In this document: positions 17,816 through 27,968 of the stretch, piece after piece
Numbering within the stretch: position 1 is the stretch's first letter
How the letters are laid out: every line of letters starts with the position of its first letter
DNA from: a virus
Lineage: Duplodnaviria > Caudoviricetes
Length of the DNA: 64,000 nt
IMG/VR virus record: IMGVR_UViG_3300033074_000984
Direction: 5' to 3' (one strand)
Program-made: the position numbers and the translations under genes
Notes under the pieces: model-generated
What the model was told of the DNA's origin: nothing
Database searches by the model: none
Seen by the model: only the letters and a program-made list of their open reading frames with translations

Positions 17816-18169
17816 ATGGCGCAATGGGGAACTAAGGATCAGGCCAACAACTCTCCTCTTTGGGGAGTCCAGCAGTACAACAAGCCAGCAAACACCACTA
17901 CGCGTGCGGCTCTGTACGGCAACACCACCGCTAACGGGTTCGTCACCGGAGCAACTATAGGCGTCTACGCTATTGACAAGACGGAGATGGGGCTGCAGCA
18001 CACCGGCGCGAACACCGAGGCCGGAAAGGTGGCGCATACGGGATGGTCAGTGAGAAGGGTTGGTTCTGGCGGCAGAGCTGGACGGGTGATGTACGAGACG
18101 CTCGTTGCAGGCGGCGTCACGACGACCGCTAACACTGACGACGCGATCTTCCCTGACACCGGCGCCTGA
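17816..18169 (+). CDS. Putative virion structural protein (MxxWG family)
   Basis: MAQWG...HTGW..R..GSGGRAGRV.YETLVA. Confidence 0.65.
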   Translation: MAQWGTKDQANNSPLWGVQQYNKPANTTTRAALYGNTTANGFVTGATIGVYAIDKTEMGLQHTGANTEAGKVAHTGWSVRRVGSGGRAGRVMYETLVAGGVTTTANTDDAIFPDTGA

Positions 18170-18435
18170 TGCAAGACTATCGTAACGCCTCTAACCTCGC
18201 CTCTGTCTCAGTGTTGGTAGAGGACGACCGCGTCATGGTCGTCCTCGCTAACGGGGCCGTGCGAGCGGCTTATGCCGGCTCTGCGATGTCTGGGGTGCCC
18301 TTGATCTCAGCTAACTCTACGCCGGCTAACTCTGCGATAGATGTAAGCGCCGGGCGAATGTTCTGTGACGACTCTTACCTGTACGTGGCGACCTCTGCGA
18401 ACACCGTGAAGAGGGTAGCCCTGGAGTCGTTCTAG
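18169..18435 (+). CDS. Putative structural protein
   Basis: G...DDSYLYVATSANTVKRVAL tail-type motif. Confidence 0.55.
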   Translation: MQDYRNASNLASVSVLVEDDRVMVVLANGAVRAAYAGSAMSGVPLISANSTPANSAIDVSAGRMFCDDSYLYVATSANTVKRVALESF

Positions 18436-18443
18436 TCGGCAAA

Positions 18444-18875
18444 ATGACGATAAACGAGACTCTTGTACCAGACAACTTTTTGATCTATGCAGCCTCTTGT
18501 TACAACAACAAGTCGTGCCACAGCTCAGATGAGTTCTTCGAAGACCTACAGAGAATCAAGTACGTCAAGAAGCTCGTCACTCGGTATGTTCAGACGGGCG
18601 AGCTTCGGGAGAAGCTCATACTCAACCACCTCATAGTTCTAAAGAACGTCTTCGGCTCGATACACCTCTCTAGGATGCTCTACCTAAAGATGGGTGACCA
18701 CCTGCGCTTCGTAGCGCCCTTTTTAAGAGCGATGCACGCACTGCCAAGGTACATTCACAACGTCAAGACTAACGGCTCGTGCATAGACACGAACAGCCTT
18801 GACAGGGACGACGGCGTCGAGCTCGCTGTCTCTAACATGAACGACATGTGGAGAAGGATCAATGCTTCGGTTTAA
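18444..18875 (+). CDS. Conserved T4-like hypothetical protein
   Basis: NFLIYA..Y..EFFEDLQRIKYVKKL..Y..GELREKLILNHLIVL.NVFG. Confidence 0.75.
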   Translation: MTINETLVPDNFLIYAASCYNNKSCHSSDEFFEDLQRIKYVKKLVTRYVQTGELREKLILNHLIVLKNVFGSIHLSRMLYLKMGDHLRFVAPFLRAMHALPRYIHNVKTNGSCIDTNSLDRDDGVELAVSNMNDMWRRINASV

Positions 18876-19000
18876 GGAGTTCGTTCTCGAGACCGAGAGC
18901 GCCGTACCAGCGAACGCTATGGGCTCTTCTAGTACGGTAGCGGGATCAGGCGCCATCGACATGCCAGAGCCTGTCAAGCCCTCAAAAAAGAGGAGACGCT

Positions 19001-19486
19001 CTAACGTCGTCGCTCGGGCTCGTGCTTGCCAGGAAGAACGGTGACGATTGGGCCGCTGACGTTCGTAGATCGAGGGAACACCAGGTCGTACGGGTTACAG
19101 TTATAGATCTGCGTAGTCACGTACATGTACTTTCCAGGAGGCACAGAGCGCGGGACGTAGATGTTTCGTTGGACGCTCTCGATGCCGTCACTCCTGGTCA
19201 CACTGATGTCTACGAACTCTAAGATGTGACTCACGTTGCCCTGCGGCTTGCCGTTAACGTCTATCGGCACCAGCTTGCGAGTCGTCGATATGCTAGGGCA
19301 GCTTCGCGTGTATTCAATGTTATATGCAAACGAGAACGTGTCACCGGCCTCTACTGAGATGTAGTACGGCTCAACTGCGTGAATGATCGACAACGGGTAC
19401 AGGGACTGCACGGCCCAGTAAAGAAACATGGCTACGACGCCGTACAACGGCAGAAGCGCGAGGTCACCTAGGAACTTAAACTTCAC
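19001..19486 (-). CDS. Membrane-anchored periplasmic protein (possible lysis accessory)
   Basis: N-terminal TM helix followed by a beta-rich domain with 2 Cys. Confidence 0.55.
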   Translation of the reverse strand: MKFKFLGDLALLPLYGVVAMFLYWAVQSLYPLSIIHAVEPYYISVEAGDTFSFAYNIEYTRSCPSISTTRKLVPIDVNGKPQGNVSHILEFVDISVTRSDGIESVQRNIYVPRSVPPGKYMYVTTQIYNCNPYDLVFPRSTNVSGPIVTVLPGKHEPERRR

Positions 19487-19881
19487 TGCGGCTTTCCTAC
19501 ATTGTTGAGCTGCTGTTGCGACTGTTGCGTGGCGATCAGTCTCGGATTCACCCAGCTGATATCGATGCTCTTGTTTATGATAGATATGAATATTCCGCCA
19601 AACGCGATCAACGCAGCTCCTACCACGCCGTAGACGAGCCGTCTTATCGGATCAAACTCTGTCTTCTTGACGTAGTTCTTGTCCATGTCTTCCTTGCTTG
19701 ACTTGGAAGACTCTTTGATGTCGTTTCTCACCTCTTTGACAGAGTCCACTAGGCTCACGACAGCCGCGTCGAGCGACTTAGCGCGCTCGTCTATCCTTTC
19801 AAGGCGAAGAGAGATCTCGAAGAGTCTGTCTTGCGTACTCACTAGCGCGGGCTCGAAGTCGTGGTCGGTGCCCTGCGGCAT
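19483..19881 (-). CDS. Coiled-coil plus TM protein (XhlA/holin-like)
   Basis: Coiled coil then LVYGVVGAALIAFGGIFISII; late promoter at 19913-19919 on the minus strand. Confidence 0.55.
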   Translation of the reverse strand: MPQGTDHDFEPALVSTQDRLFEISLRLERIDERAKSLDAAVVSLVDSVKEVRNDIKESSKSSKEDMDKNYVKKTEFDPIRRLVYGVVGAALIAFGGIFISIINKSIDISWVNPRLIATQQSQQQLNNVGKPQ

Positions 19882-20040
19882 CTTACTTATATCTCCCTGT
19901 CACTGCGTTTGCTATTTATGGTCAAATGGTGTTGAACGAACTGATTGCTCATGATATGATGTACAGATCTGCGTCGTGATAAATACGAAGCGCATTCTAG
20001 CAGCACCCATTAAACCCAAACAACGGAGAACACCTCACCG

Positions 20041-23000
20041 ATGTGGTCCGACGCCGCAGCTGAACATCCCGTGCTTCCAGACATCAACTCAGCTCCGCGT
20101 CAGTTCTATCCCGGAATGGGCGAAGCCGTGGCCGCGCGTACCATCCTTCGCAAGCGCGCTGACGGCTCTCTAGAGACCTGGGACGACGTCGCATACCGCG
20201 TCGCTGTTGGTAACAGCGCGCTCGCGACGGATCCGAGCCATGCTGCAGTAGAGTTCTCTGACCTCTACAGCCATCTGCGCTCCGGCACGATTCTGATGAG
20301 CGGTCGTCACCTTCAACACGGTGACGAGACGCAGCCTCGCCGTAACCTAGAGGTCTTTACGAACTGCTCTACAGCTGCCACGAGCTTCATGCTGTTCTAT
20401 CTCCTGATGAACGGCTCCGGCGTCGGCAGGAGCTACGACGACTCCCTGATGCTGGTTGACTGGGACAACGCCCCGACCGTGCGCTGCGTTCTCTCTCACG
20501 AACACCCGGACTTCGACTGGAGCGCTCACGAGTCTACTCGAGACGCACTTCATAAGTACGGACCAGCGTCCAAGCGCGTAATGTGGTTCAAGGTTCCGGA
20601 CTCTCGAGAGGGGTGGGCTCAGGCTTTAGAGCTCCTCGAGACGCTCGCGTTCGAGAAGATCCACGTCGGCAAGATGCTCATCTTGGACTTCTCTGACGTG
20701 AGAGGCAAGGGCGCGCCGATTCACGGCATGCAGGGGCGCCCGGCTTCCGGTCCGGTGCCACTCATGAACGCTTTCATAAAGGCCGCTGCTCTGAAGGGCG
20801 CCGGTCTCGAGCGCTGGCGCCAAGCGATGTACGTTGACCACTACTTCGGAGAGTGCGTGCTCGTCGGCGGCGCGCGTCGAGCGGCTCGAATGTCTATGAA
20901 GTTCTGGAAAGACAAGAGCATCATCGACTTCATCCACGTCAAGCGGCCCGTGGAGTTCGACGGCCTGTCACTCGAAGCGGTCATAGAGCTGCGCAAGACG
21001 GAAGACCCCGCGCGCATCCCGTTCCTCTGGTCGTCTAACAACAGCGTTGGCGTAGATGCAGAGTTCTGGAGCCTGCTAGACCTCAAGCGGACCGACAAGG
21101 GGTACGACACCCCGAGCGCTGTTTGGGCGCGTCTTGTATGGCGAGCGCTCACCAAGTGCGCGTACGGAGACGGCACGGGCGAGCCAGGAGTCGTCAACGT
21201 CGACCTCATTGATGGTGACACATCTGGCATCGAGAAGCTCAACGGAGACCCGTGGCTCGGATCTGAGAAGTATCAGGTTCTTGAGGACACCGCCGTGTAC
21301 CTTTCACGGCTCGCCAAGCGCGCCCGAGCTCTCAAGTACCAGTTCATAACCAACCCCTGTTTAACTGGAGATACTTTGATCGCTGTAGCTGACGGTAGAA
21401 ACGCCGTCAGCATCAGACAACTTGCAGAAGAGGGACGAGACGTTCCTGTATACTCGACTAATCCTAGTGATGGACAGGTGCAAATCAAGACTGGACGAAA
21501 TCCCAGAAAAACCGGATATAAGAAAGAGATATGGAAACTTACTCTTGACGATGGGTCTATTCTTCGCGCTACACCGAACCATGAAGTTCTTATGAAAGAT
21601 TTAAGCTATCGAAGACTTCAAGACCTAATACCGGGAGACGCAATTCACCCCTTTAACAGCTTTAACTCAAACGGGTATCGTCAAGTCTGTGGTGTTGGAG
21701 AGCGTATGATGAGGGGCGCTAGACGTAACCGAAGACAGTATCGACTCATTTTTGAGCACTATCATCCAGACGTGTCTGTTGATCCCAAGAGCACGCATAT
21801 TCATCACATTGATCTGGACTCAAAAAATGACAATATAGAGAATCTTCAAATGATGCCCGTCGAAGAGCATAAAAAACTACACGCTAAAAGAATGATGGGA
21901 CACCGTAACCCGTATCACAGCTTTACTACTGAGGAAAAGAAAAGGTTCGCGTCTCATCCAGGATCTAGAAACGGCCGTTGGATAGACGTCTCTAATGAAG
22001 AACTTATCATGGAGGGAAAAAAGCTCTTTGAGCGTTATGGATATATCAACACTCATATATGGAAAAGACATGCAAAAAAGAACGGCCTGCCGCAGACTCT
22101 CGACAACACCGCTAGGTTTACTACGTTTCAAAACTTTGTTAATCAAGTAGCGGATAACCATAAAGTCGTTTCTGTAGAACCAGACGGCGTCGAAGATGTC
22201 TATAACATCACTGTAGACGATAACCATAACTATTACGTCATCACTAGTGCGGAGGATGCGCGTTATATTGTGAGTTCAGGAATCTGCGTAAAGAATTGTG
22301 GCGAGATTCGCATCCATCTGCTCGGTGGGTTCTGCATCATTGCAGACGTCGTTCCGTATCACGCAGCGAGCCTTGAAGACGCTGAGTCGGCTTTCCGTGC
22401 AGCGACGCGCGCTCTGATACGAGTCAACACTATGAAGAGCGTCTATGACAGAGAGGTCAAGAGGACCAATCGCATCGGCGTCGGCATCACCGGCATCCAT
22501 GAGTTTGCGTGGAGGTTCTTCGAGGTCGGCTTCAGAGACCTCATCGACCCAGACTTTGAGTCGCTAGAGCGCTTAGAGAGTGATGATAGCTGGTACGACG
22601 CTACCGGCAACAGAGACCCACGCGTCCGAGCGGCCATGTTCTGGAAGACGCTCGAGCGTTTCAGGCACACTGTGGAAGACGAAGCAGAGCGATACTCTAA
22701 AGCGCTCGGCCTCGTCACGCCGCACACGTCGCTCACCATAAAGCCGGCTGGCACGACCAGCAAGCTCTTTGGTCTCACGGAGGGCTGGCACCTCCCACCA
22801 ATGGCGTTTTATCTCCGTTGGGTTCAGTTCCGTGAAGGCGACCCGCTTGTCGAGCGGTATCGAGCGAGCGGGTACCCCGTGCGCTCGCTCGTGACGTACA
22901 AGAACACCGTCATCGTCGGCTTCCCTACAGCTCCTGCGATCTCAACTCTCGGGATGGGAGACAAGCTCGTATGCGCAGGCGACGCGACGCCCGAAGAGCA

Positions 23001-23343
23001 GTACGAGTGGCTCAGGCTCGGTGAGAAGTACTGGCTCGGTCCAGATCACGGAAACCAGATCTCGTACACGCTCCACTACGATCCCAAGCGAGTAGACTTC
23101 AAGGCGTTCAAGAGGGCTCTGCTCGATAACCAGCGCTCAGTGAGAGCCTGCTCTGTGATGCCTCGAGAGGAGAACGTGTCTCACGAGTACACGCCAGAGG
23201 AGATGATAACAAAGGCCAAGTATGAGGAGCTGTCGTTCGCCATATCGCAGACACTGAACGAAGACGTGGACCGCGCCCACGTCGACTGCTCGACCGGCGC
23301 GTGCCCCATTCACTTCGATAAAGAGGAGGTCGAGGCCGCTTAA
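20041..23343 (+). CDS. nrdJ: Class II (B12-dependent) ribonucleotide reductase, intein-containing
   Basis: NCS, GSGVG.S, DSREGW, ASGP, VGGARR, GEPG, NP[intein]CGE, RIGVG, TIKPAGT, C-terminal CSTGAC. Confidence 0.92.
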   Translation: MWSDAAAEHPVLPDINSAPRQFYPGMGEAVAARTILRKRADGSLETWDDVAYRVAVGNSALATDPSHAAVEFSDLYSHLRSGTILMSGRHLQHGDETQPRRNLEVFTNCSTAATSFMLFYLLMNGSGVGRSYDDSLMLVDWDNAPTVRCVLSHEHPDFDWSAHESTRDALHKYGPASKRVMWFKVPDSREGWAQALELLETLAFEKIHVGKMLILDFSDVRGKGAPIHGMQGRPASGPVPLMNAFIKAAALKGAGLERWRQAMYVDHYFGECVLVGGARRAARMSMKFWKDKSIIDFIHVKRPVEFDGLSLEAVIELRKTEDPARIPFLWSSNNSVGVDAEFWSLLDLKRTDKGYDTPSAVWARLVWRALTKCAYGDGTGEPGVVNVDLIDGDTSGIEKLNGDPWLGSEKYQVLEDTAVYLSRLAKRARALKYQFITNPCLTGDTLIAVADGRNAVSIRQLAEEGRDVPVYSTNPSDGQVQIKTGRNPRKTGYKKEIWKLTLDDGSILRATPNHEVLMKDLSYRRLQDLIPGDAIHPFNSFNSNGYRQVCGVGERMMRGARRNRRQYRLIFEHYHPDVSVDPKSTHIHHIDLDSKNDNIENLQMMPVEEHKKLHAKRMMGHRNPYHSFTTEEKKRFASHPGSRNGRWIDVSNEELIMEGKKLFERYGYINTHIWKRHAKKNGLPQTLDNTARFTTFQNFVNQVADNHKVVSVEPDGVEDVYNITVDDNHNYYVITSAEDARYIVSSGICVKNCGEIRIHLLGGFCIIADVVPYHAASLEDAESAFRAATRALIRVNTMKSVYDREVKRTNRIGVGITGIHEFAWRFFEVGFRDLIDPDFESLERLESDDSWYDATGNRDPRVRAAMFWKTLERFRHTVEDEAERYSKALGLVTPHTSLTIKPAGTTSKLFGLTEGWHLPPMAFYLRWVQFREGDPLVERYRASGYPVRSLVTYKNTVIVGFPTAPAISTLGMGDKLVCAGDATPEEQYEWLRLGEKYWLGPDHGNQISYTLHYDPKRVDFKAFKRALLDNQRSVRACSVMPREENVSHEYTPEEMITKAKYEELSFAISQTLNEDVDRAHVDCSTGACPIHFDKEEVEAA
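21358..22296 (+). mobile_element. Intein (313 aa) with HNH homing endonuclease
   Basis: Starts CLTGDT, block B ATPNH, HHIDLDSKNDNIENL..H (HNH), block F DVYNITV, ends VKN before Cys; AT-rich relative to the flanks. Confidence 0.93.
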
Positions 23344-23401
23344 ACGGCAATCGTTTATTGACCTTGACGCGTCTTTGTTGTAAGATTCTCCTTACAAAGG
23401 A

Positions 23402-23785
23402 GTGATTGCTATGAGATGGGGAGTGCCCAATGACGACTGGAGTCCGGCGTGGGCCTGGTTGCCCGTGGTTTTGACAGACGGCACTTGGTACTGGCGTGGC
23501 CCTGTAGAGAAGCTCAGCTACTGGAGTCGAAAGATCTCCAGCAGCACGCCGTCGATCTTTTGGACCTGTTACCGCTTGCCACAAGACGCTGACCCGAGTG
23601 TCGGCGTTCGATGGGGTCGAGACAAGCACCGCTGGTACAAGGTGTTCGCCTGGCTGCCAGTGCATCTTGAGGGTGGCGGCTGGGCCTGGCTCGAGCCGGT
23701 CTACAAGACCCACTGGCGCAACAGAGACACCATGAGCGTTGGAAGCGTCTTTGGTAACGTGTATCGAGCAGTCAATGAAGAATGA
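23402..23785 (+). CDS. Trp-rich hypothetical protein with internal duplication
   Basis: AWLPV.L..G.W.W..PV occurs twice; promoter TTGACC-17-TAAGAT. Confidence 0.6.
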   Translation: MIAMRWGVPNDDWSPAWAWLPVVLTDGTWYWRGPVEKLSYWSRKISSSTPSIFWTCYRLPQDADPSVGVRWGRDKHRWYKVFAWLPVHLEGGGWAWLEPVYKTHWRNRDTMSVGSVFGNVYRAVNEE

Positions 23786-24816
23786 GCGCGTGGGTAGACA
23801 AGAAGTACGCGATGCGTCTCGCGGGAAGGTTAGAGCTCTTTAAAGTAAAGAGCTCTGAGCCGTTTCTCGCCAACTTTCGTTGTCCCATCTGCGGCGACTC
23901 GCGCAAGAGCCGCTTCAAGGCGAGAGGCTACTTCTACACGAAGGGTGACGCTGTCAAGTTCTCCTGTAAGAACTGCGGCGAGAGCATGTCGATCAAGAGC
24001 TTCGTTCGTCAGATAGACCCAGGCCTCTATGACGAGCTGGTGCTCGAGACGCTCGTTAACGACAAGCAGCACGAGCCGTTGGTGTCAGAGCTGCCACGAC
24101 TCTCGACGCCGACTAGCAAGCTCGTGTCTGACCTAGACGCCACCCCTCTCAGTCGTCTTTCAAAAGACCACACCGCATGGCGGCTGGTGACGACTCGCAA
24201 GATACCAGAAGAGGTTGCAAGCGAGTGGTTACACACTGAGCACTTCTACGCAACGACTAACGCTCTGACACCTGACAAGTTCAACGAGGAGCAGTTGAAG
24301 AGGGATCACCCGAGGCTAATAATCCCCTTCACACGTGACGGCGCGTTGGTTGCGTTTCAAGGTAGGTCATACTCGTCTGACAATCGAGCCAGGTACATCA
24401 TGATAGTGCTCGACAAGTCTCGGTCGATAGCTTATAACATCGATCACGTTCGTTGGGACTTGCCGGTAATCGTGCTCGAGGGGCCGATCGACGCGAGCTT
24501 CTTGAGCAACGCCGTGGCCGCTGCTGGCTCAGAGCTGGTCGCCTGCGAGCGCAGGCTTCGCCTCGAGGTGCTAGGAGCGCGAAGCGCTCGAATCGTTCTC
24601 GCCTTCGACAACCAGCCGAGACACAAAGAGGTTATGAAGAAGGTGCGAGCGGCGGTGAACTCTGGCCACGAGGTGTGCTTCTGGCCGAAACATATAGAAG
24701 AGAAAGACGTCAACGACATGATCCTGGCCGGCATGACCGCCGCAGAGGTAGAGTCGATTGTACTTGACAACGCAAAGAGCGGCCTCGCTGCTCAGGTGGA
24801 GTTGATGGTAGCATGA
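23782..24816 (+). CDS. 61: DNA primase (gp61)
   Basis: NFRCPICGDS..CKNC Zn finger, IIPF, QGR, EGPIDA, FDNQP, KDVNDM. Confidence 0.95.
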   Translation: MSAWVDKKYAMRLAGRLELFKVKSSEPFLANFRCPICGDSRKSRFKARGYFYTKGDAVKFSCKNCGESMSIKSFVRQIDPGLYDELVLETLVNDKQHEPLVSELPRLSTPTSKLVSDLDATPLSRLSKDHTAWRLVTTRKIPEEVASEWLHTEHFYATTNALTPDKFNEEQLKRDHPRLIIPFTRDGALVAFQGRSYSSDNRARYIMIVLDKSRSIAYNIDHVRWDLPVIVLEGPIDASFLSNAVAAAGSELVACERRLRLEVLGARSARIVLAFDNQPRHKEVMKKVRAAVNSGHEVCFWPKHIEEKDVNDMILAGMTAAEVESIVLDNAKSGLAAQVELMVA

Positions 24817-25448
24817 TTGACGCCTGCATAAGCGGCGGAGCTGTAGGTGCAGACGCCACGTTTGACGAGTTCGCTTTCAAGGCGAATCACACGGTGATTC
24901 ATTGTTCGTTCAGGGGACACAGACACGCTCCCGGCTTACGTGGCGTAGTTCGCGCATATGACCCGCGCGACCTCTCTGCAGCCGACCCATACCTTCACGA
25001 CATCGCCAAGAAGATCGGAAGACGCTTCTCGACAAGGAAGGCGTATGTAGCCTCTCTGCTCAGGCGCAACTACTTCATCGTCTCTCCCGTATCCACGGTG
25101 TACGCTGTTGGTTGGCTAGACGAAGAGGGTGGTGTCGAGGGCGGAACGGCCTGGGGAGTAGCTCAGGCTGTTGGACAGGTGCCTGTGTTCTTTTACTGTC
25201 AGCATCGGGACAGGTGGTTCTCGGCAGACGTGAACTACGGTGACTGGGTGTACATGGACGCTCGAGACGTTTACGAGCCATCTGGCATCTATGCAGGCAT
25301 CGGCTCTCGAAGACTCACTGAGTCTGGTCGTGCAGCGATCGAGACCCTGTACACTACACCGGTCATGACGGCAGAGGATCACGAGAGAGCTTTTAGGGAG
25401 ATGCTTGAGCGTGCAAGAAGAGCGTCAGAAGAGCGACCCAATCAGTGA
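24813..25448 (+). CDS. SLOG/DprA-like nucleotide-binding protein
   Basis: SGGAVGAD, RRN, GGTAW, YAGIGSR. Confidence 0.55.
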   Translation: MIDACISGGAVGADATFDEFAFKANHTVIHCSFRGHRHAPGLRGVVRAYDPRDLSAADPYLHDIAKKIGRRFSTRKAYVASLLRRNYFIVSPVSTVYAVGWLDEEGGVEGGTAWGVAQAVGQVPVFFYCQHRDRWFSADVNYGDWVYMDARDVYEPSGIYAGIGSRRLTESGRAAIETLYTTPVMTAEDHERAFREMLERARRASEERPNQ

Positions 25449-25645
25449 GTACTGGGACGAGCTCGGGCCTATAGAACGAGACGAGTTCTTGTGGCGCGCT
25501 CGATACCTCGTAGAGCGCGGCTACGTGTTCGTAGAGTCTTACGAGACCCTAGCCAGGGTGATTGCGTGGCGATACAAGGGTAAAACGCTTCCCAAGCCGG
25601 GAACGGGCGTCTCTTACGACTAAATAGTCGCAGGAGAACCCTGCG

Positions 25646-26059
25646 ATGGACTGGACATATCACGGCGCAGCCGTGACAGACGAAGAGGCTGAGAGTCACC
25701 TTGGCTTCGTGTACCTTATAACCAACGTCGTCACCGGCAGGATGTACGTCGGAAAGAAGCTCTTTACTAGAGCCAAGACGTTGAAGCCTCTCAAGGGAAA
25801 GACGCGTAAGAGGCGCTCAAGAGTAGCGAGCGACTGGCGCGACTACTGGGGATCTTCAAAAGAGCTTCAACAAGACGTAGAACGAGTCGGGCCTGATCAG
25901 TTCACTCGCGAAGTGTTGCACTTCTGTGAGACGAGAGGTGAGCTCTCTTACATGGAGCTTACAGAGCAGGTGATCCGAGACGTTCTCAGAAAGCCTGAGA
26001 AGTACTACAACGCGTACGTCGGCGCGCGAATCAGCCGAAAACACCTTCAACAGAAGTAG
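25646..26059 (+). CDS. Small GIY-YIG endonuclease
   Basis: GFVYLITN..GRMYVGKK..YWGSS..E..YYN; CTAAATA at 25620. Confidence 0.85.
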   Translation: MDWTYHGAAVTDEEAESHLGFVYLITNVVTGRMYVGKKLFTRAKTLKPLKGKTRKRRSRVASDWRDYWGSSKELQQDVERVGPDQFTREVLHFCETRGELSYMELTEQVIRDVLRKPEKYYNAYVGARISRKHLQQK

Positions 26060-26069
26060 GAGACAGGAC

Positions 26070-26345
26070 TTGGTCCACACAAGAGAGCAGCTCATCAGCG
26101 ACCTTCGATCAGGCGTGCTTGAGATACGCTACAGGAAGCCGGATAATCAGGTCGCGACAATCAAGGGAACTCTCAATCCCACAATCGTACCCGAGGGCGC
26201 CAAGGCCATCATCGCCCGTGAGCAGGCGACTAACGAGTCGATTCGAGACGTCGCAAACGTTCTCATCTTCGACATCATCGCGCGTGACTTCAAGACGCTC
26301 ACCGTAGCTCGCGTAGAAGACGCTCAGTTCGTGCAGACGTTCTGA
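26070..26345 (+). CDS. Hypothetical SH3/WYL-like protein
   Basis: L..GV.EI.Y.K.D.....GTL..FD....FK pattern. Confidence 0.55.
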   Translation: MVHTREQLISDLRSGVLEIRYRKPDNQVATIKGTLNPTIVPEGAKAIIAREQATNESIRDVANVLIFDIIARDFKTLTVARVEDAQFVQTF

Positions 26346-26821
26346 TGCGTGAAGAAGCGGGTTTCGGCTCTGGCCTCGTTGCTGGCACGTTTGACCTGGC
26401 ACATCCTGGACACGTGCTTCTTATACAGCACTGCGCTCGGATGTGCAGCACGCTCTTTGTTGCGCTCCAGACAGACCCGACCATCGACAGACCGGAGAAG
26501 AACAAGCCAGTAGAGACGACGTTTGAGCGATACACTCGTCTGTCTGCTATGACAGGCGTGTTCACGGTCATACCGTACGACACCGAGAGAGACCTCGATA
26601 ACATGCTGAGGTCTCGGCTCTTTGACGTTCGGTTCGTCGGCGACGATCACCAGGAGAAGCTCTCTCACGTCGAGGCCTGTTCAGTTGCTGGCGTCGAAAC
26701 CGTAATCGTGCCGAGACTTCACGACTGGAGCTCGAGCGCTCTCAGGTGCAGGGTGCTTGACGCGTTCGAGTCAGAGGTCAGCTCCAAAGTAACTGCAAAG
26801 ATGTCAGGGGTAAGCGATTGA
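26345..26821 (+). CDS. HxGH nucleotidyltransferase (TagD/HldC-like)
   Basis: AGTFDLAHPGH, LQTDP..RPEKNKP..ER, GDD, RLHDWSSS. Confidence 0.85.
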   Translation: MREEAGFGSGLVAGTFDLAHPGHVLLIQHCARMCSTLFVALQTDPTIDRPEKNKPVETTFERYTRLSAMTGVFTVIPYDTERDLDNMLRSRLFDVRFVGDDHQEKLSHVEACSVAGVETVIVPRLHDWSSSALRCRVLDAFESEVSSKVTAKMSGVSD

Positions 26822-27444
26822 CTTGGGACACTAACACGTTTGACACCAAAGACAGTCACGCTGCGCGCTTCATGCGCGGCGCGGCTGAGATAGCGACTAT
26901 GCTTGCCGGCGCTCCCGCCATGATAAACGTCATCACCGACGTCCTGCATTGCTGTCGGCAGCGCGGGGCTCGCGTGTTCGTGATCGGCGTGGGCGGGAGC
27001 GCGGCCAACGCAAGTCATCTCGTCAACGACCTACGAAAGCTGTGTGGCATAGAGGCGTACTCGCCAACCGATAACGTGTCGGAGCTCACAGCGCGCATAA
27101 ACGACGACGGGTTCAACGACGCGTTCGTGTCATGGCTAACGACCAGTCGATTCAGCGCAGCTGACGTGCTGTTCGTTCTCTCTGTAGGAGGCGGCAGTCG
27201 TACAGCGAAGGTGTCCGAGTGCATCAGCAACGCAGTGCTATATGCGTGGCGGATAGGCGCTGTAGTGACCGGCATCGTCGGCAAGTATGACGGAGACGCT
27301 GTGAAGTACGGCGACGGAAAGGTCGTCGTGGTGCCGGAGATCGAGAAGTCGCTCGTCACTCCGTACTCTGAAGCGTTTCAGGCGCTGATATGGCACTGCG
27401 TCGTCAGTGACCCCAGCCTTCAAAGGACCTCAACGAAATGGTGA
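26818..27444 (+). CDS. gmhA: SIS-domain phosphoheptose isomerase
   Basis: IGVGGSAANASH..ND, ELTARINDDG, LSVGGGS, EAFQ..WH. Confidence 0.85.
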   Translation: MTWDTNTFDTKDSHAARFMRGAAEIATMLAGAPAMINVITDVLHCCRQRGARVFVIGVGGSAANASHLVNDLRKLCGIEAYSPTDNVSELTARINDDGFNDAFVSWLTTSRFSAADVLFVLSVGGGSRTAKVSECISNAVLYAWRIGAVVTGIVGKYDGDAVKYGDGKVVVVPEIEKSLVTPYSEAFQALIWHCVVSDPSLQRTSTKW

Positions 27445-27968
27445 GGGCGGTGTTCTGGGACAGAGACGGCGTGCTTAACGCTCCTGTTCTTCGAGCTGAC
27501 GGTAAGTTCACCGCGCCATGGAAGAGAGACGAGTTTCAAGTTCTGCCAGGGGCGATCAGTGCGTTGCACCTCACGGCTGAGAACGGCTTCTTGAACTTCG
27601 TAGTCACTAACCAGCCAGACCTTCATGACACTCTCGCTCTCGACACCCTGATGCACTTCCACACTCTGCTTCAGGGTCTCGCGCCTATAACCGATATCAA
27701 GTACGCGAGTCAGCGCGGGTCTCCGTTCTACAAGCCCAACCCGGGCATGATACTGGAGATCGTTAAGCGGTACTACGTCAACGTCAGCGAGTCATTCATG
27801 GTGGGTGACAGCTGGCGAGACATGGAGGCTGGCGACAGGGCTGGGCTTACGACCATCTTCATTGACTCGGGAAGAGAAGATGCGGCGCTTGTCAAGTTCG
27901 CCATACGAGCAGAGAGCGCATTTTACGCAGCTAACAAGCTGTTACGCAGAGCAGGAGTACCCGCATGA
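27438..27968 (+). CDS. gmhB: Heptose-1,7-bisphosphate phosphatase (HAD IIIA)
   Basis: DRDGVLN, VVTNQ, KPNPGM, MVGDSWRD. Confidence 0.88.
   Translation: MVRAVFWDRDGVLNAPVLRADGKFTAPWKRDEFQVLPGAISALHLTAENGFLNFVVTNQPDLHDTLALDTLMHFHTLLQGLAPITDIKYASQRGSPFYKPNPGMILEIVKRYYVNVSESFMVGDSWRDMEAGDRAGLTTIFIDSGREDAALVKFAIRAESAFYAANKLLRRAGVPA

Noticed and set aside
25646-26059. Second mobile homing endonuclease
   Set aside because: Catalytic domain only, no DNA-binding tail and genome-typical composition; more likely a resident nuclease
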